The notes under the pieces are model-generated. The model had not been told where the DNA came from. It searched no databases and saw nothing but the letters and a program-made list of their open reading frames with translations. A stretch of DNA of 64,000 bases from Arcobacteraceae bacterium (GTDB lineage: Bacteria > Campylobacterota > Campylobacteria > Campylobacterales > Arcobacteraceae): positions 192,001 to 256,000 of the forward strand of contig OY759974.1 of the NCBI GenBank assembly GCA_963662945.1, read 5' to 3'. Shown in pieces: positions 31,101 through 41,508 of the stretch. The first letter of the stretch is position 1; each line of letters begins with the position of its first letter. Made by a program: the position numbers and the translations under genes.

Positions 31101-32497
31101 ATTTACATAATAAAAAAATATTTTTCTCTGGTCGTGGAGAGAAAATAGAAAAAGAGGAACTTTTAAAATACTTTATTCAAAATGAAGCTATTATGGTTGA
31201 TGATGTAGATGAATCTGATATTATCATACAAGGATATATGACTTCAACTTATGATGAAGATAGATTTTATCTACTATCACGTGAGGGAAAAGAGCTTTAT
31301 ACTATTGAAGAAATTGAAAAAGAGTTTAGTGCAAATTTAGATATTGATTCTATTTTGATGGCTATTAAAATATCGAAAGAGAAACAAAGAGTTATCAATC
31401 TTTTAAAAAATAGATACTTTAGTGATGAAGTCTTTACAAAAATACTCAAATATTATGATTGGGAAAATACAGGTATTTATGATAGTGATGAAAACAGAGA
31501 TGTAGCTACTGCGATCACACAGAGATTTTGTAGTTTAGTGGAAACAAACCACAATATCCAGCACTCACCAATAGGAATATACTACACAGCTTTAGAAACA
31601 ACAAATGAAAAGCTTTTAGAAATTATATATAATATGCCCGCATATTCAATTAGTGATAAAAATGCTCAACAAAATCAACCCTTAACTCTTAAAGAAGTGG
31701 TGGCACTTAATCCAAATACACCAAAACCTGTATTGATACAAATATTTAAAGATAACAACCAAAGAGAGATAGAATTTTTAGCACAAAATCAATCTCTCAA
31801 TAAACTTCTCAAAACAAAGCTATTTGAACTTAAAAATACTACAGTTAGTAAAAATCTTATTATTTCAAATAATATTGAGTTTGAAAATATTGATAGCATT
31901 TTAAAAAATAGTGAACTAAAAACTGAACTTTTAAAACATATCATACTAGATGATACTATTTTTAATAAACTTCTTGCAGTTAATTTAAGTGATGTAGAGT
32001 ATATCTATTTCTCATCTAACCCTACTCTAAACTCAAATCAAATTAACAAACTATTTGATAAAAATATAGAAAATGCAAATATAAATTTACTAAAAAATCC
32101 AAACTGTAGTGAAGAAAAGATACAAGAATTTTTAGCTCTAAATGACAAAATATATAATATAACAATAGCACATAATGAAAACTTATCAACTACTATTTTT
32201 CAACATTTAATAAGTCAAAATGATATAGATATCAATCTAAGCCTAGCATACAATCAAGCTACACCAAAAGAAATTTTGACACAACTCTATAATCAAAATA
32301 TTCATGAGATAAATGAAGCTATAAGTCAAAACATCAATACACCTATCCATATTCTTATGCAACTTCAAGTAGATACAAGGTATAACACCCTTGTATCAAA
32401 TAACCAAACATACAAAGAATTTTCAAAGAATAATTTAGGTATATTAGAGAATAATAATTTTTTTAAACGAAATACTTATATGGATACTGTTATCTAA
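31097..32497 (+). CDS. Protein with BRCT-like N-terminus and leucine-rich-repeat-variant (LRV/HEAT-like) repeats
   Basis: Repeated A-x-N-P/Q/I-N-T-P units (ALNPNTP, AYNQATP, SQNINTP); N-terminal KKIFFSG...KEEL...DIIIQG. Confidence 0.6.
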   Translation: MNLHNKKIFFSGRGEKIEKEELLKYFIQNEAIMVDDVDESDIIIQGYMTSTYDEDRFYLLSREGKELYTIEEIEKEFSANLDIDSILMAIKISKEKQRVINLLKNRYFSDEVFTKILKYYDWENTGIYDSDENRDVATAITQRFCSLVETNHNIQHSPIGIYYTALETTNEKLLEIIYNMPAYSISDKNAQQNQPLTLKEVVALNPNTPKPVLIQIFKDNNQREIEFLAQNQSLNKLLKTKLFELKNTTVSKNLIISNNIEFENIDSILKNSELKTELLKHIILDDTIFNKLLAVNLSDVEYIYFSSNPTLNSNQINKLFDKNIENANINLLKNPNCSEEKIQEFLALNDKIYNITIAHNENLSTTIFQHLISQNDIDINLSLAYNQATPKEILTQLYNQNIHEINEAISQNINTPIHILMQLQVDTRYNTLVSNNQTYKEFSKNNLGILENNNFFKRNTYMDTVI

Positions 32498-32512
32498 AAA
32501 AATTTTATTTCT

Positions 32513-33226
32513 CTATTGTGCTAAAGAAAGTGCAAATTCTTTTTCTATCCCTTTTTGATTTTTATCTAAACTATTTTTTATCATTTTTGCAAAATCATCT
32601 GGATATATCTCCTCTTGGTTTGTTTCTAGTCCTTTTATAATCTCAACTGCTATATCTTTTGGAGATGCTTTTGGCATATTTTCATCTGGAGTCATTTTTG
32701 TATCAATTGGACCTGGTAATACTTCTAAAACATGAATATCTTTAGACATCATTTCTGCTCTGATTGCTTGAGTTAATGAATGTAAAGCACTTTTTGAAGC
32801 ACAGTAAAGCCCCATAATAGGTAAGTTACAAAGTGCTAGTATAGAAGTGATATTTACTATTGCACCCTCTTTATTTATCTTATTTGATAAAAGTTGTGTT
32901 ACTTTTAGTGTTCCTTGAACATTTATAATAAAATCACTATTCTCTTCATCAAATACTCTTTTACCACTATTTACACCTGCGTTATTGATGAGTAAATCTA
33001 TATTTTCAAGATTTGATAAATTATTTTCTAACATTATAGTATTTGATAAGTCTAAATCAATTATAGATATTTTATCTGATAACTCTTCTAAATATTTTCC
33101 TTTTTCTAAAGATTTTACTCCACAATATATTTTTCCAATACCTTTTTCTAATAGCTCTTTTACTATAGCAACACCAAGTCCACCATTTGCTCCTGTTACT
33201 AGTACTATTTTATTTGTTAAATCCAC
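32513..33226 (-). CDS. Short-chain dehydrogenase/reductase (start revised to GTG at 33226 after AAGGA)
   Basis: TGANGGLG, NNAG, YCASK and PGPIDT motifs. Confidence 0.9.
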   Translation of the reverse strand: MDLTNKIVLVTGANGGLGVAIVKELLEKGIGKIYCGVKSLEKGKYLEELSDKISIIDLDLSNTIMLENNLSNLENIDLLINNAGVNSGKRVFDEENSDFIINVQGTLKVTQLLSNKINKEGAIVNITSILALCNLPIMGLYCASKSALHSLTQAIRAEMMSKDIHVLEVLPGPIDTKMTPDENMPKASPKDIAVEIIKGLETNQEEIYPDDFAKMIKNSLDKNQKGIEKEFALSLAQ

Positions 33227-33296
33227 AGTTTTTCCTTTTATTAAGTTATTTATCATTTCGTGATATACTTTGAAATTATAGAATAAAATAAAATTT

Positions 33297-33734
33297 ATGT
33301 CAATTAGGTTTACAATGTCATTATGTTTTTTATCATTAGAATCAGGAAAAGTGTTTAATAAAGTTATCTTAAATAGACTACAGCAAAAAGGATTTACAGG
33401 GCTTACTGAAGCGCTTATTATTCTTTTCCCATATATTGACCAAGCACAAAATATCTCTATCTCTGAACTTTCAAGACAAGTAGGATACTCAAGACAAGCT
33501 ATGCATAAAAATATAAAAAAATTAGAAGAGTTAGGATATATTACCCTATCTTTAGAAAATCAAAAAGAAAAAACTATTCACTTTACACTCAAAAGTGAAA
33601 AGCTTATGAAAGAAGCAAATAAAATTATAAATGAAATTGAAAGTGAACTTAGTTTACTCCTTGGTCAAGAGCATTTAAACAACTATAAAAAACATCAAGG
33701 GGAAATTTATAGTTACTTAAATTCTTTACAATAA
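33297..33734 (+). CDS. MarR-family transcriptional regulator (start may be ATG at 33315)
   Basis: ISELSRQVGYSRQAMHKNIKKLEELGYI winged HTH; divergent from the SDR gene. Confidence 0.85.
   Translation: MSIRFTMSLCFLSLESGKVFNKVILNRLQQKGFTGLTEALIILFPYIDQAQNISISELSRQVGYSRQAMHKNIKKLEELGYITLSLENQKEKTIHFTLKSEKLMKEANKIINEIESELSLLLGQEHLNNYKKHQGEIYSYLNSLQ
33298..33314. promoter_or_regulatory. Imperfect palindrome TGTCAA-N5-TTTACA, candidate MarR operator
   Basis: 5/6 inverted match between the divergent SDR and MarR genes. Confidence 0.35.
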
Positions 33735-33753
33735 ATCGAATTTGATTATTTTA

Positions 33754-34191
33754 TTATTGTTTTGATTGAAAATATTCTTGATTTACAGCTTGAAATCTAG
33801 TTTTTCCTGTGACTGTTGTCCCCATGAATACTGGTGTTAAAGCATATCTTAAATAATACTCTTTACCTTCTTCTATTTTTAATTGAATTTTACCATGTTC
33901 AAAACCAGGCATAAACATCAAAGAACCTTTAACTGTAAAAGCATGATCTCCAGGTAAAACATTTATTACTAATTCTCTACCTACTCCTAATTTTCCAATA
34001 TATTTATCATCAATATAGAAAAATGGTTTTTCTGGATTCAAACTATGAAATGAAGTATAAGGTCTATAAATGTATACTTTTACAAGTTTTGTTTCATCTA
34101 TATTATCTATTCTATATACATCACTTTTCGTACATCCTACAAATAAAAGCGTATAAAAAAATACAATAAAAGTTAATATGAATTTTTTCAT
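33754..34191 (-). CDS. DUF2846-like lipoprotein
   Basis: Lipobox-like FVGC; VYIYRP...GKL...PGDH...GKEYYLR. Confidence 0.75.
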   Translation of the reverse strand: MKKFILTFIVFFYTLLFVGCTKSDVYRIDNIDETKLVKVYIYRPYTSFHSLNPEKPFFYIDDKYIGKLGVGRELVINVLPGDHAFTVKGSLMFMPGFEHGKIQLKIEEGKEYYLRYALTPVFMGTTVTGKTRFQAVNQEYFQSKQ

Positions 34192-34200
34192 AATATTTCT

Positions 34201-35181
34201 TTAATCTAAATACAAATTAAGTATTTTTAGATTCCAAAGAGCTTCATTTGTTGTTTTACCTTCCCAAAAACTTTTTCTCTCTTTTAAATAACTATATGCT
34301 TCTTCTGTACCTAAATCACCTATACTTTTTAAAGCCATTGCTCTATCTTGCCACATCTTAGAATTTTTATTTAATGAAACTAAAAAATTAAATTGTGTTG
34401 TATCTCCAAGTGTACCAATACTTGAAATTGCAGCAAGTCTTATGTATTGTGCATTACTACTTGTTAATTCTTTAAGAAAACTTACTACTTTTAAATTGTT
34501 TGAAAAACCTAATTCATAAACATCAATATATGTCAGTCTTTCATTTTCTGGATTCAGTATCTTACTTTCTAATTGTTGAATATATTCATCTGTAAATTTA
34601 TATCCAAAATAATCTTTATTAATTTTAGCCACTATTTCTTTAATCAATAAGCTTATAGGCTCATTGTAGCAAATTTCAATAAACTCTTCCAAACTATTAC
34701 TAAACATCTTCGCTCTTTTAATCATCGATATAAATGTTTTTGTTGTATTCCCAATATTAACTCTTACTTTTACTGTTGATATTGTTACTAATGGAGAATA
34801 AGGTTTTTGCTCACTTATAATTTCAAAATCTTCTAATTTTAATTTATTATTACTAGAATTGACAAAATTAAATCCAATACCTCTAGCTTTAATCTCTTTT
34901 TCCAATGCTAATTTTATATATTCATTTGCTTTTATTTTTTCTTTATTATATTCTAAAATATAAACATTAGCTTTATTACCTTTTGAAATAATGTGCTCTT
35001 TTGTTAATAGACTATCAAACTGAATTTCTATTTTGTTATCTTTTTCTATATTTGAATAACTTACAGTAGATGTTTTTGGAGAGGAGACAGGCATTTCAAA
35101 TTTTAAACTACATCCCTGAAATAAACCAACAACTATACCTAATATTGTTAGCTTTAAAATCTTCTTTGATATACTTTTCAT
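34201..35181 (-). CDS. Lipoprotein with C-terminal HEAT repeats
   Basis: Lipobox-like FQGC; IRLAAISSIGTLG and DRAMALKSIGDLG repeats. Confidence 0.7.
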   Translation of the reverse strand: MKSISKKILKLTILGIVVGLFQGCSLKFEMPVSSPKTSTVSYSNIEKDNKIEIQFDSLLTKEHIISKGNKANVYILEYNKEKIKANEYIKLALEKEIKARGIGFNFVNSSNNKLKLEDFEIISEQKPYSPLVTISTVKVRVNIGNTTKTFISMIKRAKMFSNSLEEFIEICYNEPISLLIKEIVAKINKDYFGYKFTDEYIQQLESKILNPENERLTYIDVYELGFSNNLKVVSFLKELTSSNAQYIRLAAISSIGTLGDTTQFNFLVSLNKNSKMWQDRAMALKSIGDLGTEEAYSYLKERKSFWEGKTTNEALWNLKILNLYLD

Positions 35182-35209
35182 ATACTTCCTTACTATTTAA
35201 TTTCTAATA

Positions 35210-35270
35210 ATTCTATCAAAACAATGTCACATCTAATGTCACATTTTTAATAAATTTTAAAATTTCAATT
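35210..35270 (-). promoter_or_regulatory. Conserved promoter/operator element, copy 1: tandem AATGTCACAT boxes plus extended -10 (TGaTAGAAT)
   Basis: 53/61 identical, without gaps, to 63730-63790; upstream of the minus-strand ORF 34201..35181. Confidence 0.75.
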
Positions 35271-35297
35271 ATTCTAGTTATTAATAGTGCATAGTAA

Positions 35298-37676
35298 TTA
35301 AACTTGAGACTCTATAATCTTCTTCAACTCTTCACCATCGATAACCTCTTTTTTTATAAGTTCCTGTGCAACTGCTTCTATGGCACTCCAAAGTCGTTTT
35401 ACTTCATCTTCTGTATGTTTTTTAGCTTTATCTAACCACACCAGCATTCTCTCTTCTATTTTACTTTGGAAAATTGGATTATTTCCACCGAGGTCTAATC
35501 CTGAAATATTGATATACCCAAGTTCTTCATCCATACCAAATAAAGCAATTGCAGCATACACTTGCATAGTTGCAGCTTCTAAGTCACTCACTGCACCAGT
35601 TTCAAAACCATCTTCACCGAACTTTTCCATTTTTGCAACTCTTCCAGCTAAAAGTACACAAACATCATTAAAAAGTTCCTCTTTAGATGTTGCATCTACA
35701 TACTCTTCACTGTGATAAGAAACAAATCCTAAGCTTTCACTTCGAGGGGCTACTGTAACTTGCTCTATTTTTACATTTGGTAAAAGGGCATAAGATAACA
35801 CTGCATGACCTGCTTCATGATATGCTGTTTTTGCCATAGATTTTTCTATATCTCGTATCTGTTTATTTTCTAATTTTGAACCATATTTTATGATATTTAC
35901 CTGCTCTAAAAGTATCTCTTCTGTTAACTCTTTTAAGCCTTTTCTTGCAGCATACAAAGAAGCCTCTTGCCCTATTCTTTTTAATTCATTTCCACTCATA
36001 CCAGAGATGTATCTTACAACTCTTTCTATATCTATATTTTTATTATGTGGTTTTTTTAAAACATCTTTGATAAAAAATCGTCTTGCTTCCATATCTAATT
36101 TTGCTACTTCTATATGTATGTTTATTCTATTGGCTTGGATAAGTTCATGAGGTAAACTAGAACAATTATTTAAAGTAAGAATAGTAAAAATTGGAGAATC
36201 ATAACTTTGGTGTAAATTATCCAACTCTTCAAGAACAGGTTCTAAGCTCATAGTAGAAATCATCCCGTTTATGATTCCCTGAACGTCTATATCTTCAAAG
36301 ATAATAATCAAAGGAGCACTACTATATGCTTTTGCATACGCATTATGAATATTTTTTTGAGTAAAAAGGTCTGAACCATTTATCACAATATATGGCATAT
36401 CAGCTTCTTTTGCAAATGCTCTTGCTAAAAGCTTTTTCCCCATACCTGAAGGTCCACAAAGAATCATCCCTTTTGGAATATCAAGTTCAAATTGCTTTAA
36501 CCTTGTTGGGTCTTTTAATAAAGTTACTATTTCAGCTAATTCTTTTTTTACTTTTTTATGTCCTGCGATATAATCAAAGGAAATATCAGAAATATGAATA
36601 TCTTCATGGGATGCGATACTGATTTTTTCTTCCACATAAAAAGCATTTTTTATTTGACATTGTACACTACCATTTAAGGCTTCGATTTCCCATTCTAAAT
36701 TAACTCTTTTATGTTGTTTTGTAGTTTGTGTGATAAAAAACTGTTCATTTGCAAAAACATCTTGAAGAAAATTTTTTGCTTCATTTGAAACACTATAAAT
36801 AATACTTTTAACATTCTCTTTTATTTTTAATGCTTCATAGATATGATTAAATATCATTTGTGGTATTTTTTGTTTTATATGTCTTGCATTGATATATGGT
36901 GCAAGAGAAAGTGTTATAAGAGAAATAAAGTCATCATACTCTTCATACTCGATCTTTACTTTTGTTTCTTTTATAAACTCTTTTGTCATAGTTTGTAATG
37001 ACTGGTCTCCTATTTTTATCAAAGCTTTTAGTGAAAGTTTATTAAATGGGATTATTGTATGTTCATTGAGTAGAGAAAGAAGTTTTTTATCGAAAGCTTC
37101 TTCTTGTCCTCCTGATATATCTATCTTTTCATTGGCTAATTTTTCCATAAGAAAAGTATGTGCTTGTAAAGGATCTTCTTGCAACATACTTTTGAAATCT
37201 TTTCTTTGTAATAAAGAAGATAAAAGAGTCGTTGTTAAAACTAAGATAATATTTGAAAAATCAATTTCACTTTTGTCATAATCACTAAATAAAGTATAGA
37301 TTGCAAGTTGTATTTGTAAATCTGCCTTTTCAATATCCTCAAAGACAAGTATAGCTTTTGGATGATTTTGACAAAAATCAATAATCTCATCTGTAAAACT
37401 TTTCAGATTAAATTTTAATGTATCTATATTATATTGATCCATATAAAAAGTTTTTATCTCTTTGACATCAGAAGAATATTTTTCTATCAATTCACAAAAA
37501 TAATGTTTTCCACAATTTGGTGCCCCAATAAAAGTATATATATGGGGAATATTATTTTTGGTTTTTAAAATATCTGTTTGAAGTAAGGTTTTTATTAAAG
37601 TTTCAACAGCATAATCTTGATCAAATAAATTATTTTTTAAATCAGCTTCAAGCTGTTTGTAATTTTTATCTTTCAT
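35298..37676 (-). CDS. Soluble AAA+ (Clp D2-like)-AAA+ (FtsH-like)-M41 peptidase fusion
   Basis: GAPNCGKH/FEDIEKA; GPSGMGKK/FEDID; TAYHEAGH, LAGRVA and GAVSDL; no TM segment. Confidence 0.8.
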   Translation of the reverse strand: MKDKNYKQLEADLKNNLFDQDYAVETLIKTLLQTDILKTKNNIPHIYTFIGAPNCGKHYFCELIEKYSSDVKEIKTFYMDQYNIDTLKFNLKSFTDEIIDFCQNHPKAILVFEDIEKADLQIQLAIYTLFSDYDKSEIDFSNIILVLTTTLLSSLLQRKDFKSMLQEDPLQAHTFLMEKLANEKIDISGGQEEAFDKKLLSLLNEHTIIPFNKLSLKALIKIGDQSLQTMTKEFIKETKVKIEYEEYDDFISLITLSLAPYINARHIKQKIPQMIFNHIYEALKIKENVKSIIYSVSNEAKNFLQDVFANEQFFITQTTKQHKRVNLEWEIEALNGSVQCQIKNAFYVEEKISIASHEDIHISDISFDYIAGHKKVKKELAEIVTLLKDPTRLKQFELDIPKGMILCGPSGMGKKLLARAFAKEADMPYIVINGSDLFTQKNIHNAYAKAYSSAPLIIIFEDIDVQGIINGMISTMSLEPVLEELDNLHQSYDSPIFTILTLNNCSSLPHELIQANRINIHIEVAKLDMEARRFFIKDVLKKPHNKNIDIERVVRYISGMSGNELKRIGQEASLYAARKGLKELTEEILLEQVNIIKYGSKLENKQIRDIEKSMAKTAYHEAGHAVLSYALLPNVKIEQVTVAPRSESLGFVSYHSEEYVDATSKEELFNDVCVLLAGRVAKMEKFGEDGFETGAVSDLEAATMQVYAAIALFGMDEELGYINISGLDLGGNNPIFQSKIEERMLVWLDKAKKHTEDEVKRLWSAIEAVAQELIKKEVIDGEELKKIIESQV

Positions 37677-37711
37677 AGTAACTCTTTATAAAATATTATT
37701 TATTGTATTTA

Positions 37712-38335
37712 TTATTCAATTGTATTATACCCTCTATCACCTGCATCACCAAGTCCTGGAATAATAAATTTATCATCATTTAATTTTTCATCAATTTGTG
37801 CAACAAAAATATCAACATCATTATGAGTACTTTCTATATTTTTAAGTCCTTCAGGGGAACAAATAATATTTAATGAAATAATTTTAGAAGGAGATTTTGT
37901 CTTTATAACATCAATAGCATCATTTAAAGAACCTCCTGTTGCTAACATAGGATCAACTAGCAGTACAGTTTTACCTTTACAGTCGGGAACCCTATCATAG
38001 TAAAGTACACTTTCATGAGTTACTTCATCTCTTTTCATAGCTAAAAATCCTGCTGTAATATTTGGTAAAAGTTCCATTGCACTTTCAAGCATAGGAAGAC
38101 CTGCTCTAAGAATAGTTACTACCATTATATTCTCTTCATCAAGAGTATTAAAACTACTTTTCCCTTGCCATGTATCTATCTCTTTGTCTATCATTCGAAA
38201 TTCTTTCAATGCTTCGTAAATAAGTTGTTTTGTAATCTCTTTTATGGTGTAACGAAAAGTTAAAGCTTTTGTTTGAGTATCTCTTAAATTTGTAATTAAA
38301 GTTTTTGTTATTGGATTTGATAATTCATAAATCAT
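37712..38335 (-). CDS. upp: Uracil phosphoribosyltransferase (start revised to ATG at 38335)
   Basis: ILRAG, DPMLATGGS and PGLGDAGDR motifs. Confidence 0.96.
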   Translation of the reverse strand: MIYELSNPITKTLITNLRDTQTKALTFRYTIKEITKQLIYEALKEFRMIDKEIDTWQGKSSFNTLDEENIMVVTILRAGLPMLESAMELLPNITAGFLAMKRDEVTHESVLYYDRVPDCKGKTVLLVDPMLATGGSLNDAIDVIKTKSPSKIISLNIICSPEGLKNIESTHNDVDIFVAQIDEKLNDDKFIIPGLGDAGDRGYNTIE

Positions 38336-38463
38336 ACTTTTTCCTTTTTTCATATTCTTAATTCTACACTTTTATTGCAAAAATCTATATAATCTATCTA
38401 CTTAATAGCTTTTTAAATCATCTTTGCTAAAATCCATTCATATATTACAATTATGGATAAAAT

Positions 38464-39468
38464 ATGATAGCAATAGATTTAAAAGAGGCACTTATACCAC
38501 TTATTGATTCACAAATACCAACTTTCGTTTGGGGAAGTCCTGGGGTTGGAAAGTCTTCACTTGTGGCTCAAATAGCCCTTGAAAAAGATATGAAATTTAT
38601 AGATTTGAGACTTTCACTTCTTGATCCCACTGATTTACGAGGGATTCCATTTTTTGCAAAAGAGGAGAAGAAAGCTGTTTGGGCGAAGCCTGAGTTTTTG
38701 CCAGATACTGACAGTAGCGATTTTGGAATACTTTTTTTAGATGAGATAAACTCTGCACCTCCTACTATACAAGCTGCTGCTTATCAACTTATCTTAGATA
38801 GAAAAATTGGTGAATATACTCTTCCTCAAAACTATTCTATCATCGCTGCTGGAAACTATGAAACAGATAGAGGTGTGACTTATCGTATGCCAACTCCACT
38901 TGCAAATAGATTTGTACACTTAAACTTTGATTTGGATTTTGAGAGTTGGAAACTTTGGGGATATAAAAACAATATAGATAAAAGAATCATCTCTTATCTT
39001 AGCTATAAACCAAGTGACCTTTTTATGTTTGACCCAAAATCACCAAGTAAATCGTTTGCAACGCCACGAAGTTGGAAATTTGTAGATGATATACTCAAAT
39101 CAAAGGTAAGTGAGAAACTTCTTGAAAATGTTATAGGTGGAGCTATTGGACTTGAAACTGCCCAAGAGTTTTTAAACTACACAAAAGTGATGGATGAGTT
39201 GCCAAATATAGATAAGATACTCAAAGGAATTGAAGTAGAGATACCTACAAAAAACTCCTCACTTTATGCTCTTTGTATTGGGATAGTATATGCACTAAAA
39301 GATAATTTTTCTACAAAAAATCTTACAAATGTGTTAAATTTCTCTCTTAAACTTGATGGAGAATTTACAATTTTGTTAGTTCGTGATATGCAAAAAGATG
39401 GTATTGATGTAGAGAGTAGCCCAGCGTGGAAGGGATGGGTAGATGAGCATAGATTTTTACTAACATAA
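38464..39468 (+). CDS. MoxR-type AAA+ ATPase
   Basis: WGSPGVGKS, DPTDLRGIP, FLDEIN, LANRF and TPRSW motifs. Confidence 0.88.
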   Translation: MIAIDLKEALIPLIDSQIPTFVWGSPGVGKSSLVAQIALEKDMKFIDLRLSLLDPTDLRGIPFFAKEEKKAVWAKPEFLPDTDSSDFGILFLDEINSAPPTIQAAAYQLILDRKIGEYTLPQNYSIIAAGNYETDRGVTYRMPTPLANRFVHLNFDLDFESWKLWGYKNNIDKRIISYLSYKPSDLFMFDPKSPSKSFATPRSWKFVDDILKSKVSEKLLENVIGGAIGLETAQEFLNYTKVMDELPNIDKILKGIEVEIPTKNSSLYALCIGIVYALKDNFSTKNLTNVLNFSLKLDGEFTILLVRDMQKDGIDVESSPAWKGWVDEHRFLLT

Positions 39469-39544
39469 AAAATAGAAAATGCTATAAATAAGCTATTTAG
39501 TTATATTATAATTCGCTTTTATTTTAAAAAAGGATTATATTCAT

Positions 39545-41467
39545 ATGAATACACTCAAATCAAAGCTATTAGCTACCTCAGTATTACCCCTTATCATATC
39601 AATGATACTAATAAGTATGGTAAGTATGTTTACATTTATTTCAACAAATGAAGAGATATTAAAATTTTATGAAACTGATATGATTCAGGAGAAACAACAA
39701 CTCATTAAAAATCAAATATCAACAGCAAAAAATGTAGTTGATTCTGTTTTATCAAAATACGATAATAAAGAAGAAGCAAGAGATGAGATTATCAATATTT
39801 TGTCAAATATTAGATATTTATCAAATAAAAGTGGTTACTTTTTTGCCTATGAAAAAAAAGGTGAAGATTATTACTTTGCTTTTCATGGTACAAAAGCTAA
39901 ACTCAATGGTACAAAAACAGATATAAATGCCCCAGACATAAAAGGTTTTGCATTTAGAAAAGCACTTATAGATAGTGCTACTGACGACAAATTTATCACA
40001 TATTATTACAAAAAACCAAATACAGATATAATACTGAAAAAAATTGCTTATGCTCAGTATATTCCAGAAATAAAATGGACATTAGTTACTGGAATATATG
40101 TAGATGATGTGTATGCCCAAGTACATAAACTTGAGAATAACAATGCAACTGTTTTAAGTACAACTATAACAAAATTTATAATTTTATCTTTGGTTTTATG
40201 TTTAGTCTCAGCATTCTTAATTATTTTTGTTATTCAAAACATCTTTAATAAACCATTATTAGCATTTGAAAAAGGTATTAATGGCTTTTTTAAATACTTA
40301 AATCAAGAAACAAATACAGTTACGCCGCTAGATGATACGAGAAACGATGAGTTAGGAAAAATGTCTAAAGTTGTAAATGAAAATATTAACAAAACAAAAA
40401 TAAAAATAGATGAAGATAGACAAGTTATAGATAAAACTATCGCAATTCTAGCAGAGTTTGAAAAAGGAGATTTATCTCAAAGAGTTACTATAAACACATC
40501 AAATCCAGCACTTAAAGAATTAACAAACTTACTTAATAAAATGGCTAATAACCTTGAAAAAAACATTGGAAATGTTTTAAAAGTTCTAGATGAATATTCA
40601 AATTATAATTATCTTAACAAAGTAGATATTAATGATATTAAAGAACATTTACTAAAACTTGCAAATGGTGTAAATTCTCTAGGTGATTCGATAACTCATA
40701 TGCTTCTAGATAACAAAAAAAATGGATTAACATTACAAAATAGTTCAACAACACTTTTAAACAATGTTGAAACATTAAATGTATCATCAAATGAAGCTGC
40801 TGCATCTTTAGAAGAAACAGCTGCTGCACTTGAAGAAATAACTTCAAATATAGCTAGTAATACTCAAAATGTAATACAAATGGCTCAGTATGCAAATGAG
40901 GTAACACAATCTGTAAATACTGGGCAAACTCTTGCAAACCAAACAACAATATCAATGGATGATATTAATAATGAGGTGATTTCTATTCATGAAGCAATAA
41001 CTGTTATTGATCAAATTGCATTCCAAACAAATATTCTAAGTTTAAATGCTGCTGTTGAAGCTGCAACTGCTGGTGAAGCTGGAAAAGGTTTTGCTGTTGT
41101 TGCTCAAGAAGTTAGAAATCTCGCTTCTAGAAGTGCAGATGCAGCAAATGAGATCAAAAATCTTGTAGAAAAAGCTACCCAAAAAGCGAATGATGGAAAA
41201 AATATCGCTACAAAAATGATAGATGGATATACGCATCTTAATGAAAGTATTTCAAAAACTATCGAACTGATCTCAAATGTTGAAAGTGCAAGCAAAGAGC
41301 AACAAACAGGAATAATTCAAATAAATAATGCAATTAATCTACTTGACCAACAAACACAAAAAAATGCTTCTGTAGCAAGTAATACAAAAACAATTGCTAT
41401 CCAAACACAAAATATTGCAAATACTGTTGTAAATAATGCCAACAATAAACAATTCAAGGGAAAATAA
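39545..41467 (+). CDS. Methyl-accepting chemotaxis protein with single Cache sensor domain
   Basis: Two TM helices, GYFFAY...[11 protein letters not shown] Cache domain, [27 protein letters not shown] signalling hairpin. Confidence 0.95.
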   Translation: MNTLKSKLLATSVLPLIISMILISMVSMFTFISTNEEILKFYETDMIQEKQQLIKNQISTAKNVVDSVLSKYDNKEEARDEIINILSNIRYLSNKSGYFFAYEKKGEDYYFAFHGTKAKLNGTKTDINAPDIKGFAFRKALIDSATDDKFITYYYKKPNTDIILKKIAYAQYIPEIKWTLVTGIYVDDVYAQVHKLENNNATVLSTTITKFIILSLVLCLVSAFLIIFVIQNIFNKPLLAFEKGINGFFKYLNQETNTVTPLDDTRNDELGKMSKVVNENINKTKIKIDEDRQVIDKTIAILAEFEKGDLSQRVTINTSNPALKELTNLLNKMANNLEKNIGNVLKVLDEYSNYNYLNKVDINDIKEHLLKLANGVNSLGDSITHMLLDNKKNGLTLQNSSTTLLNNVETLNVSSNEAAASLEETAAALEEITSNIASNTQNVIQMAQYANEVTQSVNTGQTLANQTTISMDDINNEVISIHEAITVIDQIAFQTNILSLNAAVEAATAGEAGKGFAVVAQEVRNLASRSADAANEIKNLVEKATQKANDGKNIATKMIDGYTHLNESISKTIELISNVESASKEQQTGIIQINNAINLLDQQTQKNASVASNTKTIAIQTQNIANTVVNNANNKQFKGK

Positions 41468-41508
41468 ACTATTATTTTCTCTTAAGTTAAATAGATATAA
41501 TATCTATT

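Noticed and set aside
39469-41508. MCP as a transposon-type insertion
   Set aside because: No terminal repeats, target-site duplication or transposase visible
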